This document shows positions 55,743-64,000 of a DNA stretch of 64,000 bases, piece after piece. The number at the start of each line of letters is the position of its first letter. Position 1 is the stretch's first letter. Below the pieces are notes generated by a model. That model worked only from the letters and a program-made list of their open reading frames with translations. It was not told the DNA's origin and did not search any database. Position numbers and translations under genes: made by a program. This DNA is from Lentisphaerota bacterium (GTDB lineage Bacteria; Verrucomicrobiota; Lentisphaeria; Victivallales; Victivallaceae), in the NCBI GenBank assembly GCA_015061685.1, contig SUWD01000011.1, positions 4,980 to 68,979 of the forward strand. The letters are read 5' to 3'.

Positions 55743-56155
55743 AGCAACACAATTCGGATATTTATAATTCGCTGCCGCTTCGTCGTCCTGGAGTCCGGCG
55801 TAATCGGTACAAGATGCTGGAGATGTGGTACGGCAGAGATCGGGCGATGACTGAGATTTCAGCTCATACTGCTCAGCCGACGCCGATCGATGAACTTCTG
55901 GATGGTGTTCTGGAGCGGATAAAACGCCCTGAAAACGGAACTTTGATCCGTTTGCGTTCCGAGTGGGGGAAGATCGTCGGAGCGATGCTGGAGAGATTTT
56001 GTGAAGCAGAGTCTCTCCGTGACGGAGTGCTTGTGTTGAAAGTCAGGCACAGTGCTTTGCTGGTGGAATTGCGTCCGTCATGCGACCTGATCTGCCGCAA
56101 AGTCAATTCCGTCCTCGGTGCAGAGGTCTGCAAAGAGGTGAGACTCTGTACCTGA
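55739..56155 (+). CDS. DUF721 (DciA-like) domain protein
   Basis: The pattern LRSEWGKIVG...GVLVLKVRHSALLVELR is typical of DUF721. It overlaps the upstream ORF by 4 bp. Confidence 0.65.
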   Translation: MKQHNSDIYNSLPLRRPGVRRNRYKMLEMWYGRDRAMTEISAHTAQPTPIDELLDGVLERIKRPENGTLIRLRSEWGKIVGAMLERFCEAESLRDGVLVLKVRHSALLVELRPSCDLICRKVNSVLGAEVCKEVRLCT

Positions 56156-56164
56156 TTTTTTCAG

Positions 56165-56223
56165 TGTGAAAAAAAATCACAAATTTTGATAAAAAATCAC
56201 AAACTGATTTGAAAAATCGCAGT
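56165..56223. promoter_or_regulatory. three 20-bp-phased repeats (AAAAAATCACAAA x2 exact, GAAAAATCGCAGT degenerate): candidate DeoR operator array
   Basis: The repeats start at 56171, 56191 and 56211. Each overlaps a short inverted repeat (TGTGA-N7-TCACA, TGAT-N5-ATCA, GATTT-N2-AAATC). The array is upstream of the DeoR gene. Confidence 0.5.
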
Positions 56224-56237
56224 ACCGTTACTATATT
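56209..56237 (+). promoter_or_regulatory. sigma70-like promoter TTGAAA-17-TATATT
   Basis: Hexamers at 56209-56214 and 56232-56237 with a 17-nt spacer, 50 bp upstream of the DeoR ATG. It overlaps the third repeat. Confidence 0.45.
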
Positions 56238-56286
56238 ATACGGTGAACAAATCAGGGTGCAATTGTATTTAGGAGTTTTCCGTATC

Positions 56287-57033
56287 ATGACGGAAAGACG
56301 TGAAGCGATACTTAAGTATATAGAACTTAAAGGCGAAGTTTCCATCGGGGAATTGGCGTCTCACTTCGGCTCCTGGTCAGAGATGACTCTCCGCCGTGAT
56401 CTGGCGGCTCTGGAACAGATGCACAAAATCATTCTCACCCGCGGCGGAGCCCGCAGTATTCCCTCCCGTTACGGTCTGCACGAAGACATTTACAGTGCCA
56501 GAGAGCAGCTCAATGATGCGGCGAAGCAGTTGATCGCTTCCAAAGCGGTATCATTGGTTGAGCCGGATACGGGGATATTCATTGATTCCGGGACGACCGC
56601 CATGGCATTGGCGAGAATACTTCCTGACTGTCATCTTGCGGTGATTACAGCCGCTCCCAATATTGCTCTGGAGATCGCCATGCGCAAGGCGAAACCATCC
56701 GTGATCATGCTTGGCGGTACTCTCTGCCGGGATGAAATTGCAGTTGCCGATCCGGAAGTGCTTACCCACCTTGAGCATATGAATATCGACACAGCTTTCA
56801 TGGCGGCGTCCGGATACGATGACAAGGGCGGATTTACCGTCGGCAGTCAATTGGGGGCTCTGCTCAAAAGAGCGGTGGTCAAACGGGCCCGCAAAGTGGT
56901 TATGATGCTGGATTCTTCCAAGATCGGCACACTGCTTCCTTTCACCTTTGCCAGGATGGAGGATGTGGATGTGCTGGTGGGAGATGGTAATTTTTCTGAA
57001 AGTATAATAAATCAATCATCTGAAATCTTGTAA
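56287..57033 (+). CDS. DeoR/GlpR family transcriptional regulator
   Basis: N-terminal RREAILKYIELKGEVSIGELASHFGSWSEMTLRRDL HTH, and a C-terminal sugar-phosphate-sensor domain (IFIDSGTT, FMAASG). Confidence 0.88.
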   Translation: MTERREAILKYIELKGEVSIGELASHFGSWSEMTLRRDLAALEQMHKIILTRGGARSIPSRYGLHEDIYSAREQLNDAAKQLIASKAVSLVEPDTGIFIDSGTTAMALARILPDCHLAVITAAPNIALEIAMRKAKPSVIMLGGTLCRDEIAVADPEVLTHLEHMNIDTAFMAASGYDDKGGFTVGSQLGALLKRAVVKRARKVVMMLDSSKIGTLLPFTFARMEDVDVLVGDGNFSESIINQSSEIL

Positions 57034-57058
57034 ACCATTAAAACAGGAGAAAGTTACA

Positions 57059-58711
57059 ATGGCAGATTTTATTTTGATGCCCCAGATGGGTGTTTCCGAG
57101 GAAAGTGCGTTGCTTTCCGAGTGGAAAGTCAAAGAGGGAGATGTTATCAAACTCGAACAGCCGATTTTCGGACTTGAGACCGGCAAATCCTCCTTTGAAG
57201 AACTGGCGAAGTATGAAGGTACTTTGCTGAAGATCCTCGTTCCCGCCGGTGAAGAAGTTGCCGTCGGTGCCCCGGTTGCTGTTATCGGTAAACCCGGTGA
57301 ATCTTATGAACTTCCCGGTGCCGCCGGTGCTGCAGCCCCTGCCGCTGCCCCTGCTGCCGAAGCTGCTCCGGCACCTGCCGCTGCCCCCGCCGCCGCTCCT
57401 GCCGCCGCTGCTTGCGACAACAAGGATGTGAATTTCATTCTGATGCCCCAGATGGGTGTTTCCGAGGAGAGTGCGTTGCTTTCCGAGTGGAAAGTCAAAG
57501 AGGGCGATGTCATCAAACTTGAACAGCCGATTTTCGGACTTGAAACCGGTAAATCCTCCTTTGAAGAACTGGCGAAGTACGAAGGTACTCTGCTGAAGAT
57601 CCTCGTTCCCGCCGGTGAAGAAGTTGCCGTCGGTGCCCCGGTTGCTGTTATCGGTAAACCCGGTGCTGTTTTCTCTGTTCCCGGTGCCGCCGCACCTGCC
57701 GCTCCCGCCGCTCCGGCTCCGGCTGCCGAAGTTGCCGCCGCTCCGGTTGCTGCTGCTCCTGCTGCCGCCGCCCCGGCTGCTGCCGGTGCTGAAGTTCTTG
57801 CTTCACCCCGTGCCAAAAAACTTGCCGCTGAATTGGGTCTGGACATTTCCAAAGCCATTCCGACCGGTCCGGAAAGCCGCATTATTGAGCGTGATGTGAA
57901 AACTTTGAAAGCCACCGCCCCGGCTGCCGCCGCTGCTCCTGCTGCCGAAGTTGCCGCCGCCGCTGTTGCTGAAACTGCTCCGGCAGTTGCCGCCGCAGCC
58001 GAAGTTGCAGCCGCTCCGGAATACACCGAGGAAAAAATCTCCCGCATCCGCAAAGTTATCGCCGATAACATGCACAAATCTCTGGCGGATATGGCACAGC
58101 TTACCCTCAACCGTACTTTCGATGCCACTGCGATCCTTGAGATGCGCAAGCAGATGAAAAACGCTCCGGAACTGGGTCTGGACAAAGTTACCATCAACGA
58201 CCTCGTTCTCTTTGCCGTTGCCAAAACTCTGGTTGAATTCCCCGACATCAATGCCAACTTCATCGGAGACAAGATGCGTCGTTTCACCCACGCCCAGCTC
58301 GGTGTGGCGATCGACACTCCCAAAGGTCTGCTGGTTCCGGTACTGCGTGATGCCGACACCATGAGCCTCAAGGCGATCTCCGCCAAAGTCAAAGAGTATG
58401 CAAATGCCTGCAAAGACGGTTCACTTGGAGCTGACAAACTTTCCGGCGGCAGTTTCACTGTCACCAACCTGGGCAATCTTGGTATTGAGAGCTTCACTCC
58501 GATCATCAATCCGCCCCAGACAGCCATCCTCGGTGTTTGCGGTACGACGCTCCGTCCCCGTCAGAAAGCCGATGGTTCTGTTGAATTCTATCAGGCAATG
58601 GGCTTGTCACTGACCTTTGACCACCGAGTGGTTGACGGTGCTCCGGCGGCGAAATTCCTCAAAGCTGTTGCTGACAAACTTGAGAAATTCAATTTGATTC
58701 TTGCACTTTAA
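57059..58711 (+). CDS. dihydrolipoamide acyltransferase (E2) with two lipoyl domains
   Basis: Two lipoyl domains, each with the ETGKSS lipoyl-lysine context, separated by Ala/Pro linkers. It also has a PSBD (ASPRAKKLAAELGLD) and a catalytic domain with DHRVVDGA. Confidence 0.92.
   Translation: MADFILMPQMGVSEESALLSEWKVKEGDVIKLEQPIFGLETGKSSFEELAKYEGTLLKILVPAGEEVAVGAPVAVIGKPGESYELPGAAGAAAPAAAPAAEAAPAPAAAPAAAPAAAACDNKDVNFILMPQMGVSEESALLSEWKVKEGDVIKLEQPIFGLETGKSSFEELAKYEGTLLKILVPAGEEVAVGAPVAVIGKPGAVFSVPGAAAPAAPAAPAPAAEVAAAPVAAAPAAAAPAAAGAEVLASPRAKKLAAELGLDISKAIPTGPESRIIERDVKTLKATAPAAAAAPAAEVAAAAVAETAPAVAAAAEVAAAPEYTEEKISRIRKVIADNMHKSLADMAQLTLNRTFDATAILEMRKQMKNAPELGLDKVTINDLVLFAVAKTLVEFPDINANFIGDKMRRFTHAQLGVAIDTPKGLLVPVLRDADTMSLKAISAKVKEYANACKDGSLGADKLSGGSFTVTNLGNLGIESFTPIINPPQTAILGVCGTTLRPRQKADGSVEFYQAMGLSLTFDHRVVDGAPAAKFLKAVADKLEKFNLILAL
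57075..57665. repeat. in-frame tandem duplication of the lipoyl-domain coding segment (225-bp copies at 57075-57299 and 57441-57665, offset 366 bp)
   Basis: The two 225-bp segments differ at 8 positions, and all 8 changes are synonymous by my alignment. The encoded 75 residues are identical. Confidence 0.85.
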
Positions 58712-58717
58712 TCAATA

Positions 58718-58999
58718 GATAACGTCCCAAATTTTGTGAAACCCGTAACAGGAGCTTATAAACAAACATTTTTGTTAACGAGTGAAACATATCACATAAG
58801 TTGTGATTTGTCAATCCGGCAAGCACGGGTTCGATCCAACCGGTGGATGCAGTGTGAGGCAAGGTCGCAGGCATTTCAAGGCGGATGAGCAGGAGAGTAC
58901 TGAACGTACATGACTGCGAAAACGTCCGCAGATTTGCCGGGAAATTGCCCGCAATGCACCGCCGCAGGAAAGATTTTTCACAAAAAATGAGACAATAAC
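58718..58999. mobile_element. non-autonomous MITE-like element, short copy (282 bp)
   Basis: It is homologous to 40089-40642. It is flanked by the exact 8-bp direct repeat AATCAATA (58710-58717 and 59000-59007). The terminal 24 nt are imperfect inverted repeats (18/24). It lies between the E2 stop and the lpdA start. Confidence 0.75.
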
Positions 59000-59028
59000 A
59001 ATCAATAAACATACACAGGTGAATTATC

Positions 59029-60396
59029 ATGGTTTATGATGTTCTGGTCATCGGCGGCGGACCCGCCGGTTACAAAGCGGCTGAACGTGCCGGACACAAA
59101 GGAATGAGCGTCTGTCTTTTTGAAGGACGCTCACTGGGCGGTGTTTGTCTTAATGAAGGCTGTGTGCCGACCAAAACTCTGCTCTATTCTGCGAAAATTT
59201 TTGATTATGCCAACGGCGGCGGTGAACACTATGGCGTTACCGTTTCCGGTGCGAAAATCGATCACGCCAAAGTCGTTGCCCGCAAGGACAAAGTGGTGAA
59301 AACCCTCGTTTCCGGCGTGGCGATGCAGATGAAAGGTGCCAAAGTCAATGTGGTCAAGGCCAATGCCAAAGTTGTCGGCAAAGATGCTGCCGGTATCACG
59401 GTTGAAGCCAACGGTGAGAAATTCACCGGCAAAAAGCTGATTATTGCTTCCGGTTCAGTTGCGGCAGTTCCCCCGATTCCGGGTCTGCGTGAAGCGGTTG
59501 CTTCCGGTGATGCTCTGACCAACCGTGAGATCCTTGCTCTGACTGAAGCTCCGAAAAAGCTGATTGTTCTGGGCGGTGGTGTCATCGGACTGGAAATGGC
59601 TTCCTACTTCAACAGCATCGGTACTGAAGTTGTGGTCGTGGAAATGATGGATCGCATCGGCGGACCCACTGATATTGAAATGTCTGAAATGCTCCGCGGC
59701 ATCTATGAAAAACGCGGTGTCAAATTCATGCTTAAGACCAAAGCGGTCGCAGTCAACGGCAGTAAACTTTCCGTTGAAAATGCTGACGGCAAATCTGAAC
59801 TTGCCGCCGACAAGATCCTCGTCGCCATCGGCCGCCGTGCCAATACCGCCGACATGGGTTATGAGAATATCGGTCTGTATATGGAGCGTGGAGCCATCAA
59901 GACCGACGATGAGATGAAAACCAATGTTTCCGACGTTTTCGCCGTGGGCGATGTCAACGGCAAATCCATGCTTGCCCACACTGCTTACCGTGAAGCTGAA
60001 GTTGCGGTCAATGTGATTGCCGGTGAAAAAGATACGATGGATTACAGTGCCATTCCGGCGGTGATCTACACCAATCCTGAAGTTTCCAGCGTCGGTGAAA
60101 CTGAAGAGACTGCCAAGCAGAAAGGTCTCAAATACCGGGTTGTCAAAATGCCGCTGCTTTTCAGCGGCCGTTACATTGCGGAGAATGAGGGCGGCAACGG
60201 CTTCATCAAAATGATTCTTGATCAGGATGATATTCTCATCGGAGCCTGCATCATCGGCAACCCCGGATCTGAAATGATTTTCGGTCTGGCGATGGCGATC
60301 ACCCGCAAACTCAACTGTGCCGAGATCAGCAAAGTGGTCTTCCCGCACCCGACGGTCGGTGAAGTTTTCCGCGAAGCGGCACTCAATGAAGCATAA
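59029..60396 (+). CDS. lpdA: dihydrolipoyl dehydrogenase (E3)
   Basis: FAD motif VIGGGPAGY, redox-active disulfide GGVCLNEGCVPTK, NAD motif VLGGGVIGLE and C-terminal HPT motif. Confidence 0.92.
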   Translation: MVYDVLVIGGGPAGYKAAERAGHKGMSVCLFEGRSLGGVCLNEGCVPTKTLLYSAKIFDYANGGGEHYGVTVSGAKIDHAKVVARKDKVVKTLVSGVAMQMKGAKVNVVKANAKVVGKDAAGITVEANGEKFTGKKLIIASGSVAAVPPIPGLREAVASGDALTNREILALTEAPKKLIVLGGGVIGLEMASYFNSIGTEVVVVEMMDRIGGPTDIEMSEMLRGIYEKRGVKFMLKTKAVAVNGSKLSVENADGKSELAADKILVAIGRRANTADMGYENIGLYMERGAIKTDDEMKTNVSDVFAVGDVNGKSMLAHTAYREAEVAVNVIAGEKDTMDYSAIPAVIYTNPEVSSVGETEETAKQKGLKYRVVKMPLLFSGRYIAENEGGNGFIKMILDQDDILIGACIIGNPGSEMIFGLAMAITRKLNCAEISKVVFPHPTVGEVFREAALNEA

Positions 60397-60432
60397 TCAA
60401 CACTTTCAACCTAACATAAAGGAAAAAGAAAA

Positions 60433-62904
60433 ATGCCTAAAAGTCAATTTATTGACCCCAAAGCAGTCCGCAAAAGCGGGGTCCTCGATCTGGGCAAGAT
60501 CGAACTGAACCAGTACAAGAAAACCTTTGCCGAGGAGAAAAAGATTTTCGGTAAAGACAACTTGCTGGGCATCTACCAGGATATGCAGTTTATCCGTGAA
60601 TTTGAGACGATGCTTTTCCAGGTGCGTACTCAGAAACACTACAACGGCATCGACTACCTCTACACCGGTCCGGCTCACCTCTACACCGGTGAGGAAGCCC
60701 AGGCTGTCGGTATGGCGTATTCTCTTACCCATGACGACATGATCTTCGGATCCCACCGCAGCCACGGTGAAGTGCTTGCCAAAGGCTTCAACGCCATCCG
60801 CAACCTGCCGGAAAAAGAATTGCAGGATATCATGGAAGGCTTCTTCGGCGGCGATCTGCTCCGTGTCGTTGAGAAACACAACAAGAGCGGCAATATCCGT
60901 GACCTTGCACTGGATTACCTGCTTTACGGCTTCATGGCGGAACTTTTCGGCCGTGCCAATGGTTTCACCCGCGGTCTGGGTAACTCCATGCACGTCTTCT
61001 TCCTGCCTTTCGGTATCTATCCGAATAACGCCATCGTCGGTGGATCTGCCGGTATTTCCGCCGGTGCCGCCCTCTATAAAAAGGTCAACAAGAAACCCGG
61101 TATTGTCGTCTGCAACTGCGGTGACGGTGCCATGGGCCGCGGCCCGGTCTGGGAAGCTCTGAACTTTGCTTCCATGGACCAGTATTTCAAACTCTGGGAT
61201 GACGAACACAAAGGCGGTTTGCCGGTGATCTTCCACTGTATCAACAACGGATACGGCATGGGTGGTCAGACCTGCGGCGAAACCATGGCTTACGAAATTG
61301 CAGCCCGTATCGGTGCCGGTGTCCGTCCCGACCGTCTGCATGCTGAACGTGTTGACGGCTACGATCCGCTGGCTGTTATCGATGCTTTCAAACGCAAACG
61401 TGAAATTCTTGAAAACCGTCAGGGTCCGGTCTTCCTGGAAACCATGACCTACCGTTACGTCGGTCACAGTGCCACTGACAGCTCCAGCTACCGTACTCAG
61501 GAAGAGATCGAAGCATGGAGAGAGCAGGATTCCATCGCTGCATTCCGTGCCAAACTGGTCAAGGGCAAAATCGAGAGCGACAGCACCTTTGATGACTTCA
61601 ATGCTGACATCAAAGAACGCATTACCCGCATCATGAAACTTGCCATTGACGAGCAGGTTTCTCCGCGTATCGATCCTGCCAACGAGCCGGATGCCATGCG
61701 TAAATACATGCTTTCCAACGAACATGTTGAAAAATTCGACGACCGCAAACCGGAAGTCACCATGCCGCTGGAAGAGAATGCCAACCTCAAAAAGATCAAA
61801 ACCAAAAAACGTTTCGGTTTCGACGAGAACGGCAAAGAAGTTTCCAAGCTGATGGCGTACAACATGCGTGATGCTCTGTTTGAAGCTATCATCAACAAAT
61901 TCTACACCGATCCGACCCTGATCGCCTTTGGTGAAGACAACCGTGACTGGGGCGGTGCCTACGGCGTTTACCGCGGCCTGACTGAAGCGATCCCCTATCA
62001 CCGCTTCTTCAATGCTCCGATTTCTGAAAGTGCCATTGTTGCTGCGGCTTGCGGTTATGCTCTTTGCGGCGGCCGTGCCATTCCGGAACTGATGTACTGC
62101 GACTTCCTCGGCTGTGCCGGTGACGAAGTTTTCAACCAGCTGGCCAAATGGCAGGCTATGTCTGCCGGTGTGCTGAAAATGCCGGTTGTTCTGCGAGTTT
62201 CCGTCGGTGCCAAATATGGTGCCCAGCATGCTCAGGACTGGACCAGTCTCTGTGCCCACATTCCGGGTCTGAAAGTCTGCTTCCCTGCCACTCCGTACGA
62301 TGCCAAAGGTCTGATGAATGCCGCTTTGAGCGGAACCGACCCGGTCATCTTCTTCGAGAGCCAGAAGCTGTATGACACCAGCGAACAATTCCATGTCGGC
62401 GGCGTTCCGGAAGAATACTATGAAATTGAGATCGGTGAACCCGATGTCAAACGTACCGGCAGCGATCTGACGATCCTCTCCATCGGTGCCACCCTCTATC
62501 CGGCAGTTGCCGCTGCCAAAGAGATGAGTGAGAAATACGGTGTTGAAGCAGAGATCATCGACGCCCGCAGTCTGGTGCCTTTCAACTACGACAAGCTGAT
62601 TGAGTCTGTCAAAAAGACCGGCCGTCTGCTGTTGATCTCCGACGCTTGCGAACGCGGCAGCTTCCTCAACGATGTCGCTGCCAACGTCACCCGTATGGCG
62701 TTTGATTATCTGGATGCACCTCCGGTCGTGGTCGGTGCCCCGAACAGCATTTCTCCCTGCCCGGAACTGGAACAGTTCTACTATCCGCAGGCCTCCTGGA
62801 TCCTCGATGCAGTCAACGAAGCGATCCTGCCGCTGCCGGGTTATACCTCCAAAATGAACTTCACCCGCATGGAAAAACTGCGCCGTGCCAAATTGGGAAT
62901 CTGA
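60433..62904 (+). CDS. 2-oxoacid dehydrogenase E1 component, fused alpha-beta subunits (TPP-dependent)
   Basis: The N-terminal half carries E1-alpha motifs (GSHRSHGE, the TPP-binding GDGAMGRGPVWEALNFA). The C-terminal half is E1-beta/transketolase-like (FGEDNRDWGGAYGV, NAPISESAIV). It is a single 823-aa ORF. Confidence 0.88.
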   Translation: MPKSQFIDPKAVRKSGVLDLGKIELNQYKKTFAEEKKIFGKDNLLGIYQDMQFIREFETMLFQVRTQKHYNGIDYLYTGPAHLYTGEEAQAVGMAYSLTHDDMIFGSHRSHGEVLAKGFNAIRNLPEKELQDIMEGFFGGDLLRVVEKHNKSGNIRDLALDYLLYGFMAELFGRANGFTRGLGNSMHVFFLPFGIYPNNAIVGGSAGISAGAALYKKVNKKPGIVVCNCGDGAMGRGPVWEALNFASMDQYFKLWDDEHKGGLPVIFHCINNGYGMGGQTCGETMAYEIAARIGAGVRPDRLHAERVDGYDPLAVIDAFKRKREILENRQGPVFLETMTYRYVGHSATDSSSYRTQEEIEAWREQDSIAAFRAKLVKGKIESDSTFDDFNADIKERITRIMKLAIDEQVSPRIDPANEPDAMRKYMLSNEHVEKFDDRKPEVTMPLEENANLKKIKTKKRFGFDENGKEVSKLMAYNMRDALFEAIINKFYTDPTLIAFGEDNRDWGGAYGVYRGLTEAIPYHRFFNAPISESAIVAAACGYALCGGRAIPELMYCDFLGCAGDEVFNQLAKWQAMSAGVLKMPVVLRVSVGAKYGAQHAQDWTSLCAHIPGLKVCFPATPYDAKGLMNAALSGTDPVIFFESQKLYDTSEQFHVGGVPEEYYEIEIGEPDVKRTGSDLTILSIGATLYPAVAAAKEMSEKYGVEAEIIDARSLVPFNYDKLIESVKKTGRLLLISDACERGSFLNDVAANVTRMAFDYLDAPPVVVGAPNSISPCPELEQFYYPQASWILDAVNEAILPLPGYTSKMNFTRMEKLRRAKLGI

Positions 62905-62907
62905 CCT

Positions 62908-64000
62908 ATGAAAACTACCGCTGTAAGACTTTACGGCAAAGAAGATCTCCGGCTTGAAACTTTTGACCTGCCGGAGATCTCCGACTCCGAAATTCTCGCT
63001 AAAATCACCAGTGACAGTATCTGTATGTCCAGTTTCAAAGCTGCCGAGCAGGGAGCTGCCCACAAGCGTGTTCCGGATGATGTTGCGGAAAATCCGATCA
63101 TCATCGGTCACGAATTTTGCGGTGAGATCGTTCAGGTCGGTGCCAAATGGCAGGATCAATTCAAAGCCGGTCAGCGTTTTGCCATCCAGCCGGCGATGAA
63201 CTACAAAGGATCTCTTGCTGCTCCGGGTTACTCCTACAAATACATTGGCGGAGATGCGACCTACATCATCATTCCGGAAGAAGTGATGCTTACCGGCTGT
63301 CTGCTGCCCTACAATGGCGAAGCATTCTTCTACGGTTCTGTTGCCGAACCGGTCTCCTGTGTTATTGGAGCATTCCATGCCCAGTACCACACGACCAACG
63401 GCAGCTATGAACACAAGATGGGTATTGTCGAGGGTGGTAAAATGGCTATTCTTGCCGGTGTCGGTCCGATGGGACTGGGAGCGGTTGATTATGCCATTCA
63501 CGGTCCCCGCCGCCCGAAACTGCTGGTGGTTACGGATATTGACGATGACCGTCTTGCCCGTGCTGCGAGTTTGTACACGGTTGAAGATGCCAAAGCCAAC
63601 GGAGTTGAGCTGGTTTATCTCAACACCGGCAATGGTGATCCGGTCGCCAGGATGATGGAAATTTCCGGCAACACCGGTTATGATGATGTCATGTGCTTTG
63701 CTCCGGTGCGTCCGGTGGTTGAGCAGGGCGACAAGATTCTGGGCAAAGACGGCTGTCTGAATTTCTTTGCCGGTCCTTTGGATCCGCAGTTCAAAGCTGA
63801 ATTCAACTTCTACAATGTTCACTATGCTTCGACCCATATTGTCGGTACTTCCGGCGGAAACACCGATGACATGAAAGAAGCTCTGTCCCTTATGGAACAG
63901 GGCAAGATCAACCCGGCTTGTATGATCACCCACGTCGGCGGTATGGATGCGGTCATTGAGACCACTCTCAATCTGCCCAAGATCAAAGGCGGTAAAAAGC
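62908..64000 (+). CDS. zinc-dependent MDR-family alcohol/polyol dehydrogenase (sorbose-1-P reductase/butanediol dehydrogenase-like), 3' end outside window
   Basis: My translation from the ATG at 62908 gives MKTTAVRLYGKEDLRLETFDLPEISDSEILAKITSDSICMSSFKA...IIGHEFCGEIVQVG...GVGPMGLGAVDY. The frame is open to the window end. It is not listed in the ORF track because it has no stop. Confidence 0.8.
   Translation, partial: MKTTAVRLYGKEDLRLETFDLPEISDSEILAKITSDSICMSSFKAAEQGAAHKRVPDDVAENPIIIGHEFCGEIVQVGAKWQDQFKAGQRFAIQPAMNYKGSLAAPGYSYKYIGGDATYIIIPEEVMLTGCLLPYNGEAFFYGSVAEPVSCVIGAFHAQYHTTNGSYEHKMGIVEGGKMAILAGVGPMGLGAVDYAIHGPRRPKLLVVTDIDDDRLARAASLYTVEDAKANGVELVYLNTGNGDPVARMMEISGNTGYDDVMCFAPVRPVVEQGDKILGKDGCLNFFAGPLDPQFKAEFNFYNVHYASTHIVGTSGGNTDDMKEALSLMEQGKINPACMITHVGGMDAVIETTLNLPKIKGGKK

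Noticed and set aside
57304-58527. 407-aa minus-strand Ala-rich ORF
   Set aside because: It is antisense to the E2 gene. The Ala runs are the mirror of the Ala/Pro linker codons. It is not a gene.
60406-63933. 1175-aa minus-strand ORF, the longest in the track
   Set aside because: It is entirely antisense to the well-supported E1 alpha-beta and MDR dehydrogenase genes. Its translation is low-complexity (G/T/V/F/D-rich) with no recognisable motifs. This is the typical shadow ORF created by codon bias on the opposite strand.

Overview
This is a gene-dense chromosomal window with about 58 protein-coding genes. I saw no rRNA, tRNA, CRISPR array, transposase, integrase or reverse transcriptase by eye.

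Likely source: a PVC-superphylum bacterium (Lentisphaerota/Victivallales-like, or Verrucomicrobiota/Planctomycetota). This is inference only. It rests on two pilin-like proteins with the [25 protein letters not shown]-terminus, a type III glutamine synthetase, many glycoside hydrolases and a BspA-type LRR protein.

Gene content, left to right:
- A LacI-controlled GH43 locus.
- A MlaA-hydrolase fusion, an esterase and an MFS transporter.
- A tightly coupled dGTPase, Ser/Thr kinase and two-subunit fumarase operon.
- Housekeeping genes folK, fmt, rng and uvrC.
- A GntR-type regulator followed by a pilin-like / secreted protein / 990-aa glycosidase-like / GH29 fucosidase operon.
- A long minus-strand block: LPG-synthase-TM-like, MTHFR-like, LMW-PTP, RpiB-SHMT fusion, serS, a membrane protein, a short EIIA and glnN.
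- An Ntn-hydrolase lipoprotein, a NifX-like protein and creD.
- A GH28-like / CapA / racemase / ATP-grasp / C26 amidotransferase operon.
- GNAT, oxidoreductase and AraC genes.
- Zinc-ribbon membrane proteins.
- UAP-type pyrophosphorylase, ftsW and murG.
- A DeoR-linked 2-oxoacid dehydrogenase cluster: E2 with a duplicated lipoyl domain, E3, a fused E1 alpha-beta, and an MDR dehydrogenase.

The most unusual signal is a non-coding, MITE-like element present in two copies (40089-40642 and 58718-58999):
- Each copy is flanked by an 8-bp direct repeat and has imperfect terminal inverted repeats.
- Both copies carry promoter-like hexamers.
- The long copy has extra GC-rich modules that look like structured RNA: a helix gained or lost as a unit, GNRA-capped hairpins and a terminator.

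Limits: all calls come from reading the sequence and the ORF track. No database search or folding was run. Start codons were picked by RBS context. Functions are family-level recognitions from motifs.
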